Assembly: GCA_030390025.1 (NCBI GenBank)
Contig: CM059430.1
Coordinates: forward strand, 161,820,001-161,884,000
From: Squalus acanthias
Taxonomy: Eukaryota
Length of the DNA: 64,000 nucleotides
Direction: 5' to 3'
The notes under the pieces were generated by a model. It was not told the origin of the DNA. It saw only the letters and a program-made list of their open reading frames with translations, and did no database searches. Positions 1 to 12,681 of this stretch are shown in pieces; position 1 is the stretch's first letter, and every line of letters begins with the position of its first letter. The translations under genes and the position numbers were made by a program.

Positions 1-392
1 CTGGGGTGTTAGTAGACTCAATCCCCTATAGGTCCAATCACTGTGGACCAACATTCAACAAAGCAAGTAGAATACAGAACTATACAGTAGAGTACAAGTT
101 GGAGGAATTCAGATCATTCCTTGGCTTAGTGCTGCACTGGGTAGTACTTTTATTCACTAGGCCAATGAAAGAACTGTGAATGTGCAAATCTGATGCAAGT
201 TGACCCCCTTTACAATACTACAGATCTGCATTTGTTGGAATTTTTTGTCATGATCACACAGACTGCTCAAGCATAAACCATGTAGTCACTTACCTAAATC
301 AGATTTTGAAATGAAAACTTCCACTGCTTGGAGTTAGTGCTATTTTTCTGAGTCGATTCCTGCATGTGTATTGAATTAGAGGAACCCTTTCT

Positions 393-656
393 ATCATAGA
401 ATCATACAAATTTATGGCACAGAAGGAGGCCATTCGGCCCATCTTGTCCATGCTGGCCGACAAAGAGCTATCCACCCTAATCCCACTTTCCAGCACTTGG
501 TCCGTAGCCTTGTAGGTTACGCCACTTGAAGTGCATATCCAAGTACTTTTTAAATGTGATGAGGGTCTCTGCCTCTACCAGCCTTTCAGGCAGTGAGTTC
601 CAGACCCCCACCACCCTCTGGGTGAAAATATTTCTCCTCAAATCCCCTCTAAACCT
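393..656 (-). mobile_element. CR1 LINE 3' end (host copy, part 1, split by a nested insertion)
   Basis: ATCATAGA tail repeat, 3' stem-loop region and ORF2 C-terminus RFRGDLRRNIFTQRVVGVWNSLP...GKWD. Confidence 0.9.
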
Positions 657-750
657 AACATAGAAACATAGAAGATAGGAGCAGGAGTAGGCCATTCGGC
701 CCCTCGAGCCTGCTCCGCCATTCGATGAGATCATGACTGATCATCCAAAC

Positions 751-3549
751 TCAGTACCCTGTACCTGCCTTCTCCCCATATCCCTTGATACCTTTAGCTT
801 TAAGAAATATATCTAACTCATTCTTGAATATATTTAATGACTTGGCCTCAACTACCTTCTGTGGTAGAGAATTCCACAGGTTCACCACTCTCTGGGTGAA
901 GAAATTCTTCCTCATTTCTGTCCAAAATGGCTTACCCCTTATCCTTAGATTATTGCTCCTGGTTCTGGACTCTCCAACCATCGGGAACATTCTTCCTGCA
1001 TCTAGTTTGTCCAGACCTGTCAGAATTTTATATGTTTCGATGAGCTCCCCTCTCATTCTTCTATACTCCAGTGAGTATAAGCCCAATCGACCCAATCTCT
1101 CCTTGTATGTCATTCCTGCCATCCCAGGTATCAGCCTTGTGAATCTTTGCTGAACTCCTTTCATGGCAAGAACATCCTTCCTCAGATAAGGCGACCAAAA
1201 CTGCACACAGTACTCAAGGTGTGGTCTCACCAAGGCCCTGTACAACTGCAGCAGGACATCCCTGTTCCTATACTCAAACCTTTTCGCTATGAAGGCCAAC
1301 ATACCATTTGCCTTCTTCACCGCCTGCTGCACCTGCATGCTTACCTTCAGCGACTGGTGCACAAGGACACCCAGGTCTCGTTGCACTTCCCCTTCTCCCA
1401 ATCTATTGCCATTCAGATAATAGTCTGCCTTTCTGTTTTTGACACCAAAGTGGATAACCTCGCATTTATCCACGTTATATTGCATCTGCCACGCTTCTGC
1501 CCACTCACCCAACCTGTCCAAATCATCCTGGAGTTTCTCAGTATCCTCCTCGGAGCACACACGCCCACCCAGCTTTGTGTCATCTGCAAACTTGGAGATA
1601 TTACATTTAGTTCCCTTATCCAGATCATTAATGTATATTGTGAATAGCTGGGATCCAAGGACCGAACCCTGCGGTACCCCACTAGTCACTGCCTGCCACT
1701 CGGAAAAAGACCCATTAATTCCTACTCTCTGCTTTCTGTCCGCCAACCAGTTCTCTATCCAAGTCAATACCTTGCCCCCAATCCCATGTGCCTTAACTTT
1801 ACACGCTAATCTCTTATGCGGGACCTTATCGAAAGCCTTTTGAAAGTCCAAATACACCACATCTACTGGTTCTCCCTTATCTATTTTCCCAGTTACATCC
1901 TCAAAAAATTCCAGTAGATTAGTCAAGCACGATTTACCTTTTGTAAATCCATGTTGACTTTGTCCGATCCTGTCACTGTTTTTCAAGTGCTCAGCTATTA
2001 CATCCTTTATAATGGACTCTAGCATTTTCCCCACTACCGATGTCAGGCTTACCGGTCTGTAATTCCCCGCTTTCTCTCTACCACCCTTTTTGAATAGTGG
2101 GGTAACATTAGCTACCCTCCAATCCATGGGTACAGTTCCAGATTCCATCGAATGTTGGAAGATGATCAGCAATGCATCTACTATTTCTAGGGCCACTTCC
2201 TTAAGTACCCTAGGATGTAGATTATCAGGCCCTGGGGATTTATCGGCCTTCAATCCCATCAATTTCCCCAACACCATTTCCCTGCAAATACTGATTTCTT
2301 TCAGTTCCTCCCTTTCATCAGACCGTATGTTCTCCAACATCTCTGGGAGGTTATTTGTGTCCTCCTTTGTGAAGACAGAACCAAAATATGCATTTAATTG
2401 GGCTGCCATTTCTTTGTTCCCCATTATAACATCCCACGCTTCTGACTGCAAGGGACCTACACTTGATTTCACTAATCTTTTTCTCTTCACATATCTATAA
2501 AAGCTTTTACAGTCAGTTTTTATGTTCCCTGCAAGCTTACTTTCATATTCTATTTTCCCCTTCTTAATTAATCCCTTTGTCCTCCTTTGTTGAATCCTAA
2601 ACTGCTCCCAATCCTCAGGGTTACCGCTTTTTCTGGCCAATTTATATGCCCTCTCCTTGGATCTTATGCTATCCCTAATTTCCCTTGTTAGCCACGGTTG
2701 AGTCACCCTTTTTGTTTTATTCTTATGCCACACTGGGATGAACAAATTCTGTCGTTCATCCATGCAGTCTTTGAATGTTCGCCATTGCCTATCCACCATC
2801 AACCCTTTGAGTGACATTCCCCAATCAATCCTACCCAATTCGCGCCTCATACCATCGTAGTTTCCTTTATTTAAATTCAGGACCCTAGTCTCTGATTCAA
2901 CTACTTCACTCTCCATCCTAATGAAGAATTCTATCATATTATGATCTCACTGACCCAAGGGGCCTCGTACAACATGATTGCTAATTAATCCTTTCTCGTT
3001 ACATAATACCCAGTCTAAGATGGCCTGATCTCTGGTTGGTTCCTCGACATATTGTTCCAGAAAACCATCCCGTAAACATTCTAGGAATTCCTCCTCCACA
3101 GTATTTTTACTAATTTGGTTAGCCTAATCTATATGTAAATTGAAGTCACCCATGATGACTGCTGTGCCCTTACTGCACGCTTCTCTAATTTCCCTTTTAA
3201 TGCTGTCCCCAACCTCCGTATTACTGTTTGGAGGTCTATATACCACTCCCACTAACGTTTTCTGCCCCTTGTTATTTCTCAGTTCTACCCATACAGATTC
3301 CACATCATCAGAGCTAATATCCTTCCTTTCAATTGTGTTAATCCCCTCTTTAACCAGCAATGCTACCCCACCTCCCTTTCTTTTTTGCCTATCTTTCCTA
3401 AATATTGAATACCCTTGTATGTTGAGTTCCCAGCCTTGGCCACCCTGGAGCCATGTTTCTGTAATCCCAATCAAATCGTATTCATTTACCTCTATTTGCG
3501 CAGCTAATTCATCCACCTTGTTCCGAATGCTCCTTGCATTAAGACACAA
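751..3549 (-). pseudogene. CR1 ORF2 (APE endonuclease + reverse transcriptase) with in-frame stops
   Basis: ORFs 3124-3549 (NARSI, ITETWL, MGDFN) and 751-2937 (YLDFQKAFD, GVPQGSVLG, FADD) are in one frame, interrupted by stops at ~3124 and ~2947. Confidence 0.9.
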
Positions 3550-3733
3550 AGCCTTCAGGCTTGTTTTTTAATGCTCTCAGACCTATATGAATTATTATTT
3601 ACTGTGACCATGTTTGATTTAAACCGTTGAGTTCTTTGCCTTCTACTTTTGTTTTTCTCCTTCCTGTCTTTTGCTTTTATCCTTGTTTCCCTTTCCTCCG
3701 TCTCCCTGATCAGGTTCCCAACCCCCTGCCAAT

Positions 3734-4685
3734 TTAGTTTAAACCCTCCCCAACAGCACTAGCAAACACTCTCCCTAGGACATCGGTCCCGGCCTTGCCC
3801 AGGTGCAGACCGTCCCGTTTGTACTGGTCCCACCTCCCCCAGAACTGGTTCCAATGTCCAAGGAATTTGAATCCCTCCCCCTTGCACCATTCCTCTAGCC
3901 ACGTATTCATTTGAAATATCCTCCTATTTCTACTCTGACTAGCACGTGGCACTGGTAGCAATCCTGAGATTACTACCTTTGAGGTCCTATTTTTTAAATT
4001 TACCTCCTAACTCCCTATATTCTGCTTTTAGGACCTCATCCCGTTTTTTACCTATATCGTTGATGCCTATGTGCACCACGACAACTGGCTGTTCGCCCTC
4101 CCCCTCCAAAATGTTCTGTAGCCGCTCTGAGACGTCCTTGACCCTTGCACCAGGGAGGCAACACACCATCCTGGAGTCTCGTTTGCGGCCGCAGAAACGC
4201 CTATCTATTCCCCTTACAATTGAGTCCCCTATCACTATAGCTCTTCCACACTTTTTCCTCCCGTCCTGAGCAGCAGAGCCACCCATGGTGCCAGGAAGTT
4301 GGCTGCTGCTGCCTTCCCCTGATAAGTCATCCTCCCCAACAGTATCCAAAGTGGTATATCTGTTTGAGAGGGGGTTGGCCACAGGGGACCCTTGCACTAC
4401 CTGCCTGCACCTCTTACTCTGCCTAGTGGTCACCCATTCACTTCCTGCCTGTACACCCTTTGCCTGCGGTGTGACCAACTTGCTAAACGTGCTATCCACG
4501 ACGTTCTCAGCGTTGCGAATGCTCCAATATGCATACATCCGCAGCTCCAGCGCCGCAATGCGGTCTATCAGTAGCTGCAGCTGGATACACCTCCCACACA
4601 CATGGTCGTCAGGGACACAGGAAGCGTCCTTGATTTCCCACATATAGCAGGAGGAGCATATCACGGGGCGGAGTTCTCCTGCCAT
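3734..4685 (-). pseudogene. CR1 ORF1 (zinc finger + SGNH esterase), frameshifted
   Basis: Contains CSSCYMWE...CGRC, GDSIVRG, HIGIND and DGLHL motifs, split across ORFs 3987-4685 and 3734-3961. Confidence 0.9.
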
Positions 4686-4856
4686 GACTTACCCTTTAAT
4701 TAATTAATTAAAATTAAATTAAATGAATCCCACCAATTTCACTTCAATTAAATGATATACTCAAGGGCCCTTTCCCGACACTGACCTCTGTAAAAAGCCC
4801 ACGAAAGTGAGTTTAACTGCTCACTGTGATGGTGCTCTCTCTGCTCCCGACACTGG

Positions 4857-5117
4857 CCTCCGACCAATTACTTTAAATCTATGCCTCCTGGTTATTGACC
4901 CTTTTGCTAAGGGAAATAGGTCCTTCCTATCCACTCTATCTTGGCCCCTCATAAGTTTATACACCTCAATCAAGTCTCCCCTCAGCCTCCTCTGTTCCAA
5001 AGAAAACAACCCTAGCCTATCCAATCTTTCCTCATAGCTAAAATTCCCCAGCCCAGGCAACATCCTCGTAAATCTCCTCTGCACCCACTCTAGTGCAGTC
5101 ACATCCTTCCTGTAATG
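4857..5117 (-). mobile_element. CR1 LINE host copy, part 2 (continuation of 393-656)
   Basis: ...LEWVQRRFTRMLPG...RHRFKVIGR(R) joins seamlessly to (R)FRGDLRRN at 656. Confidence 0.9.
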
Positions 5118-5138
5118 TTTATATTAACCCAAGGAATA

Positions 5139-5870
5139 ACAACAACAACAACTTGTATTTATATAGCGCCTTTAACGTAGTAAAACGTCCCAAGGCGCTT
5201 CACAGGCGTATTATAAGACAAAAAATTTGACACCGAGCCACATAAGGAGAAATTAGGGCAGGTGACCAAAAGCTTGGTCAAAGAGGTAGGTTTTAAGGAG
5301 CGTCTTAAAGGAGGAAAGAGAGGTAGAGAGGCAGGTAGTTTAGGCAGGGAATTCCAGAGCTTAGGGCCTAGGCAACAGAAGGCACAGCCACCAATGGTTG
5401 AGCGATTATAATCAGGGATGCTCAAGAGGTCAGAATTAGAGGAGCACAGATATCTCGGGAGGTTGTGGGGCTGAAGGAGATTACAGAGATTGGGAGGGGC
5501 GAGGCCATAGAGGGATTTGAAAACAAGGATGAGAATTTTGAAATCGAGGCTTAACTGGGAGCCAATGTAGGTCAGCGAGCACAGGGGCAATGGGTGAATG
5601 GGACTTGGTGCGAGTTAGGACACGGGCAGCCGAGTTTTGGATGACCTCAAGTTTACGTAGGGTAGAATGTGGGAGGCCGGCCAGGAGTGCGTTAGAATGG
5701 TCAAGTCTAGAGGTAACAAAGGCATGGATGAGTGTTTCAGCAGCAGATGAGCTGAGGTAAGGGCGGAGACGGGCGATGTTACGGAGGTGGAAATAGGCGG
5801 TCTTAGTTATGCTGCGGATATGTGGTCGGAAGCTCATTTCAGGGTCAAATATGACACCAAGGTTGTGAAC
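5139..5870 (-). mobile_element. L2-clade LINE 3' fragment with (AAC)n tail
   Basis: ORF2 C-terminus AYFHLRNIARLRPYL...HAFVTSRLD...QNSAARVLT...LHWLPV, and a 3' end aacaacttgtatttatatagcgcc. Confidence 0.9.
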
Positions 5871-5977
5871 AGTTTAGTTGAGATTATTTAGTTGAGATAG
5901 CCTAGACCTTGAAACAGTAAAGAGTCTTCCCCCAAAAAGATATAGATGAGTGGAGCTGCATAACAATTAGAGACAAT

Positions 5978-6153
5978 GACCTAGAAATTTGTCTCGGGTG
6001 GTAGAGCAAAACGGGTGTTATCGGATCGGCCGCCCCGTATACGCAGCACCTGATACTCAGTTCCACCGACTGCAATATCAGGCGCTCCGTGTAACGGGCG
6101 GCCGACCCGATACTGCCTGTTTTGCGCCAGCGCCCAAGACGAATTTCAAGACC
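5978..6153. mobile_element. Palindromic MITE, PIF/Harbinger-like, 3-bp TSD AAT
   Basis: About 78-bp imperfect inverted arms (GACCTAGAAATTTGTCT... versus ...AGACGAATTTCAAGACC), with AAT at 5975-5977 and 6154-6156. CpG-rich. Confidence 0.75.
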
Positions 6154-8141
6154 AATGTTTTCAATGTCAATACCAACAGGGGAGAGGGGGTAACCTTACC
6201 CCATGCTCCTTCTGAGTACAGTTGGGATGATAAAAAGTGCCACTTGAAGCAACAGTTATGGAGCCTTGTTGAATATCAAACTTCTACAGTGAGTATAGCA
6301 AGTATTTCTACTTAACGTAATTAAATATTTTGGCCCTGACTTTACACAGATGGTCTCCTGGTGTAACTTTAGCAGGAGACTGGTGGAACCCTCAAGGATA
6401 TGGAGAAGACCTAGCATTGTCGAATCTCTGTCATTTCTGGCAGCTTACGCATTCCCTTGTAAAGGGTGGAACTTCCTTCCGCCGCTTACAAGGCAAAGGA
6501 TCATCCGGGGTGGGGCCAAGGGAAGGATTCAGAGTTCCTGCTGCTGAGCCTCAGATGGGGCCCGGTGTTTCAGTGGTGGCTGGCATGCAAGAGAGATGAG
6601 GTGCACTGCCCGCCACATGAGCGCCCCACTGTGGACTGGCAAGGGGACTGGACCCCCTAAGAACGCATAAAAAGTAATACTTACTGGATTGGCCCTCTCA
6701 CTCAGGAGCTCATCAAAGCCATCACTGGGGTCAGAGGTGGGGCTGGGCAAGGCCCTACCCCCTCACTGACGGCCACTACAGTTTCCTGGCTCATGGGGCA
6801 AGTGGGCACCAAGGAAGTGCGGGAAGTGGCACTTCCATCTGCCGGCCCCATGCAAATAATATTCCCCTACACTGACCTCACAACCTCTGTGTTGAAGGAC
6901 ACGGGTGGGAGGGCGGCGGGGGCGGGCAATCCCAGAGTTTGACCTTTATGTACAATGAAGAGTTGACAGGATACAGATTTTTGATGAGTGCCAATTGTGC
7001 AACAATTTACTGTCTTTGTTTTTTTTAATCTAACAATGATAAAAACCATTGAATATTATTTTCAAGGGTTTCGTAGAGAGGTTTCAGATTCTGCTAAATC
7101 CAGATTCAAATCCTTGCAGTTATCAATTTGAGTTTATTTTTCTCCTATCCAGAAGGAGCTGGCTTGGGTACACTACCTCTGGTACCTCATCCAAGTGGCC
7201 AGTCTTCATGTTTGAACCTAAACAATGACCTTGAAACTACACTGCATTATACTAGTGTATGAACACAATGTATTTGCCTGAAATTCCCTTTTCCACTATT
7301 TTAGCAGAGAAATGAAACAGATTAGCTTTAAAGCAACTGTGTATATGAGAATTCTGTGCACATGCATTTAGTATAAAAATCGCTTTTGACTTTGCCAGTC
7401 TGGCATAATATTTCTTTGATGTCAAGGAAAGGTCTGGACAGGCCATCTATGGAGACCACACATTACTAGCCTAGATGGGTGTGTTCAAAGATCAGATCCA
7501 AGATGATGGGCCCTGAAGCAAATGCACATTCAACCATCAGATGCACTCTAAGAGACTTCTGCCAAAGATTAGGTAATTGGTAATCTCCAATGGCACTGAT
7601 ACTGGGGTCTTTCACTTTACAGAGTTGCTACTGACATTGTTGTTATCAGTTAGAAATAATCATGATGCGGAGATGCCAGTGTTGAACTGGGGTGGACAAG
7701 TTAGAAATAAGGCAGTTAATAAGGTATCAGTTCTAAAATACCCTCAGCCAGCAACGTAAATTTTAATCAAAGGTTAAAGTACGCTGTGGTAGAAGTGGTT
7801 GGTGATACAATGGCATATCACTGTGCCAACATTAACATGGCTGTTCCCCAAATTTTGTTTTTAAATCTGATAAAGTGTCTTGGAAAACGATTGCAAGCAT
7901 ACATGAAGGTCCACAGAGAGAAAAGGCCATTTGTCCCATTTAGCCTGCTCCATCCAGAGTTCATGTATGATTATTTTATCGTATTCCCCCAACTGGTTAT
8001 GCCCAACTTTAGGGAACATTAAGTTCCTTCTCCCACCAACTCGAAAAAAAGTGTTATTGATACTTCGAAGAACTTGCATTCCACTTCTCAAGACATGTCA
8101 ATCAGTTCCCTTTTAAATGTGTTAATTGATCCAGAATCAAC

Positions 8142-11100
8142 CATAGAGTCATAGTCATAGAGTTATACAGCACAGAAAGAGGCCCTTCGGCCCATCGTGT
8201 CTGCGCCGGCCATCAAGCCCTGTCTATTCGAATCCTATTTTCCAGCCCTTGGTCTGTAGCCTTGTATGCTATGGCGTTTCAAGTGCTCATCTAAATGCTT
8301 CTTGAATGTTGTGAGGGTTCCTGCCTCTACCACCCTTTCAGGCAGTGAGTTCCAGATTCCAACCATCCTCTGGGTGAAAACGTTTTTCCTCAAATCCCCT
8401 CTAAACCTCCTGCCCCTTACCTTGAAACTATGCCCCCTGGTTATTGACCCCTCTACTAAGGGAAAAAGTTCCTTCCTATCTACCCTATCTATACCCCTCA
8501 TAATTTTGTACACCTCAATCAGGCCCCCCCTCAGCCTTCTCTGCTCTGAGGAAAACAACCCCAGCCTGTCCAGTCTCTCTTCATAGCTGAAGCGCTGCAG
8601 CCCAGGTAACATCCTGGTGAATCTCCTCTGCACCCTCTCCAATGCAATCACATCCTTCCTATAGTGTGGCGACCAGAACTGCACACAGTATTCCAGCTGT
8701 GGCCTAACTAGCGTTTTGTACAGCTCCATCATAACCTCCCTGCTCTTACATTCTATACCTCGGCTAATGAAGGCAAGTATCCCATATGCCTTTTTAACCA
8801 CCTTATCTACCTGTCCTGCTGCCTTCAGGGATCTATGTACATGCACACCAAGGTCCCTCTGATCCTCTGTCCTTCCTAGGGTCCTACCATTCATTGTGTA
8901 TTCCCTTGCCTTGTTAGTCCTCCCAAAATGCATCACCTCACACTTTTCAGGGTTAAGTTCTGCCCATCTAACCAACCCGTCTATATCGTCCTGAGGCTTC
9001 CCTCCTCGTTATTTACCACTCCACCAATTTTCGTGTCATCTGCGAACTTACTGATCATACCTCCTACATTCATATCTAAATCATTAATGTACACTACAAA
9101 CAGCAAAGGACCCAGCACCGATCCCTGTGGTACACCACTGGACACAGGCTTCCAGTCACAAAAACAACCTTCGACCATCACCCTCTGCCTCCTGCCACTA
9201 AGCCAATTTTGGATCCAATGTGCTAAGTTGCCCTGGATCCCATGGGCTCTTACCTTCTTGACCAGTCTCCCATGTCAAAAGCCTTACTGAAGTCCATGTA
9301 GGCCACATCAACTGCACTACCCTCATCCACACACTTAGTCACCCCCTCGAAAAATTCAATCAAATTGGTCAGACATGATCTCCCCCTGACAAAGCCATGC
9401 TGACTATCCTTGATTAATCCTTGCCTCTCCAAGTGGAGACTAGTTCTGTCCCTCAGAATTTTTTCCAATAATTTCCCTACTACTGATGTTAGGCTCACTG
9501 GCCTGTAATTCCCTGGTTTATCCCTACTACCCTTCTTGAATAATGGTACTACGTTCGCTGTTCTCCAGTCCTCTGGCACCTCCCCTGTGGCCAGAGAGGT
9601 TCTGAAAATTTGTGTCAGAGCCCCTGCAATGTCCTCCCTTGCTTCACACAGCAGCCTGGGACACATCGCGTCTGGGCCTGGGGATTTATCCACTTTTAAG
9701 CCCGCTAAAACCGCTAGTACCTCCTCTCTCTTAATACTAATTTGTTCAAGTATATCACAATCCCCCTGCCTGATTTCTATGCCTACATTGTCCTTCTCCA
9801 TAGTGAACACAGATGCAAAATATTCATTTAAAACCCCACCTACATCTTCTGGCTCTACACACAGATTGCCACTTTGGTCCCGAATGGGCCCCTACTCTTT
9901 CCCTGGTTATCCTCTTGCCCTTAATATACTTATAAAACACCACGGGATTTTCCTTTATTTTGCCTGCCAGTGTTATTTCATGCCCCCTCTTCGCTCTCCT
10001 AATTTCTTTTTTATGTACCCCCCTGCACTTTCTATACTCCTCTAGGGCTTCCACTGTTTTTAGTCCTTTGTATCTGCCAAAAGCCTCCCTTTTTTTCCTA
10101 ATCCATTCTCGTATATCCCTTGACATCCAGGGTTCTGTGGGCTTGTTGGTTCCACCCTTGACCTTTACGGGAACATGTTGGTGTTGTACTCTCTCTATTT
10201 CCTTTCTGAAAGACTCCCACTGCTCTGATGTGGATTTTCCTACAAGTAGCTGATCCCAGTCCACTTTGGCCAAATCCTGCCTTATCATATTAAAATCGGC
10301 CTTCCCCCAATTTAGAACTTTTATTTCCGGTCCATCTTTGTCCTTTTCCATGACTACCTTAAATCTCACCGAATTATGGTCACTGTCACCAAAATGCTCT
10401 CCTACTAACACTTCTACCATTTGCCCGGCTACATTCCCTAGAATTAGGTCCAGTACCACCCCCTCTCTTGTAGGACTTTTTACATGCTGGCTCAAAAAGC
10501 TCTCCTGGATGCACTTTAAGAATTCCGCACCCTCTAAGTCTTTCACACTCTGACTATCCCAGTTAATATTGGGGAAGTTGAAATCCCCTACTATTATTTC
10601 TACACTTCTCTGAGATTTGCCTACATATCTGTTCCTCTATCTCCCCCTGACTGTTTGGGGGCCTATACTACACTCCCAGCAAAGTGCTTGCCCCCTTTTT
10701 GTTTTTAAGTTCTACCCATATGGCCTCATTAGAGGAACCTGCTAAGATATCATCCCTCCTTACAGCAGTAATTGACTCCTTGATTAATATTGCGACACCC
10801 CCTCCTCTTTTACACCCCCCTCTGTCTCGCCTGAAGATTCTATACCCCGGAATATTGAGCTGCCAGTCCTGCCCCTCCCTCAACCATGTCTCTGTGATAG
10901 CAACAATATCATACTCCCATGTGTTCATCAACACCTTCAATTCATCTACCTTACTCGCAAGACTCCTTGCATTAAAATAAATGCCATCCAGCCTTGCCAT
11001 ACTCCCTTGTGCCGTTACATATTTGCTCTGCCTTCCAGGCTGACTTGTTTTTTCCTCTATATTTGGCTGTGCATCACCCCCTACTATAGCTCCACTCCAT

Positions 11101-12385
11101 ATCCCATCCCCCTGCCAAGTTAGTTTAAACCCCCCCCCCCGCCCCCGCAACAGTACTAGCAAACCTCCCCGCAAGGATGTTGGTCCCGTTCCAGTTCAGG
11201 TGCAACCCGTCCGACTTGTACAGGTCCCACCTTCCCCAGAAGCAGACCCAGTGATCCAGGAAACTAACGCCCTCCCTCCTGCACCAACTCTTTAGCCACG
11301 CATTCATCTGCTCTATCCTCCTATTCCTATACTCACTAGCACGTGGCACCGGGAGTAATCCAGAGATTACAACCTTTGAGGTCCTGCTTTTTAATCTGCT
11401 ACCTAGCTCCCTAAATTCTTGTTGCAGGACCTCATCCCTCTTTCTACCCATGTCGCTGGTACCAATGTGAACCACGACCTCTGACTGTTCACCCTCCCCC
11501 TTCAGAATGCCCTGCAGCCGTTCAGTGACATCCTTGACCCTGGCACCAGGGAGGCAACATACCATCCTGGCGTCACGTCTGCGGCCACAGAAACATCTAT
11601 CTGTTCCCCTTACGATAGAATCCCCTATCACTATTGCTCTCCCACTCTTTTTCCTCCCCTCCTGTGCAGCTGAGCCACTCGTAGTGCCACGGACTTGGCT
11701 CTTGCTGCATTCCCCTGAGAAACCATCTCCCCCATCTGTATCCAAAACAGAAAATCTGTCGGAGAGGGAGATGGACCCAGGGGACTTCTGCACTACCTTC
11801 CTAGTTCTTTTACTCTGTCTGGTGGTCACCCATTCCCTGTCTGTCTGTGCACTCTTTACCTACGGTGTGACCACCTTGTTAAACGTGCTATCCACGAAGA
11901 TCTCAGCTTCGCGGATGCTCCACAGTGACTCCAGCCGCAGCTCCAGCTCCGAAACGCGGATTTCGAGTAGCTGCAGCTGGAGACACTTCCTGCACATGTG
12001 TTCGCCCTGGACACCTAAAGTGTCCCTGACTTCCCACATAGCACAGGAGGAGCACTCCACGCTGCCAAGCTGCCCTGCCATGTCCTACCCTTAATTTACT
12101 CCCTTTAAATTAAAGAATATTAAATACACTAGGGACCTTACTTCCCTTTAAACACTACTTACTCTAAACTAGAGACCTTACTTTTACTTTAATGACTGGA
12201 ATGTAGAAATACTGCAGAAATACTCACCGCTGGTTCTCTGTCCCCTCTTGTACAGCTTTTTAGCTCCTGCTCTCCTGGAAGCTGACAAAGATGGATAAAG
12301 AAAGGAACACCTCCCTCCCTGAACTCCCTCACTCGCAGCTTAACACTCTGTTCCGATCTGCACACCATGACAAACTGCACTCTAG
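8142..12385 (-). mobile_element. Near-full-length CR1 LINE (different subfamily), several frameshifts
   Basis: CATAGAGT-type tail. ORF2 pieces at 8235-8975, 8981-9181, 9250-9810, 9824-10546 and 10668-11174; ORF1 pieces at 11125-11829 (esterase) and 11860-12081 (zinc finger). The 5' boundary is approximate. Confidence 0.93.
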
Positions 12386-12431
12386 CCTCCCTTATTTATA
12401 CTGCTGAGATTTAAATAAGTGAGCTCTCTGG

Positions 12432-12640
12432 ATATTTGACATCTTTTGTTATACCCATTAACTTAAGGGACCTTCAAATAATCAGATCAAATTAAAATTT
12501 CATCGGCCCGTGAGATGATGCACTCCAGTCCCCGTGGCGCCCACCTGTCCCGGAAGGCCTCGAGCTTGCCGGCGGACACTGCGTGTTCCATCTCCAGGGT
12601 CACCCAGCCGTGAACATAGCCACGGAAGAGAGGCAGGCAA
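12432..12640 (-). mobile_element. 5'-truncated Tx1/L1-like LINE 3' end with 15-bp TSD
   Basis: Peptide CLPLFRGYVHGWVTLEMEHAVSAGKLEAFRDRWAPRGLECII* resembles Tx1-clade ORF2 C-termini. AAGTGAGCTCTCTGG is directly repeated at 12417-12431 and 12641-12655. Confidence 0.75.
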
Positions 12641-12681
12641 AAGTGAGCTCTCTGGCAGTTACAGAACCAGATTAGACCACT

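Larger units (their letters stand above)
657..4856 (-). mobile_element. Near-full-length CR1 LINE (4.2 kb) nested in another CR1
   Basis: Has an (AACATAGA)-type tail, ORF2 with APE endonuclease and RT (FADD), ORF1 with CxxC zinc finger and SGNH esterase (IVIGDSIVRG), and a 5' UTR. CCT is present at both junctions (654-656, 4857-4859). Confidence 0.95.

Noticed and set aside
785-4647. Numerous plus-strand ORFs overlapping CR1 copies (also 8266-12094 and 32723-36779)
   Set aside because: They are antisense shadows of LINE ORFs with no independent coding signal.
6332-6866. GC-rich segment starting ggccctgacttt, possibly another Harbinger-like element, with several short ORFs
   Set aside because: No convincing matching right TIR or TSD was found, and the ORFs resemble no known protein.
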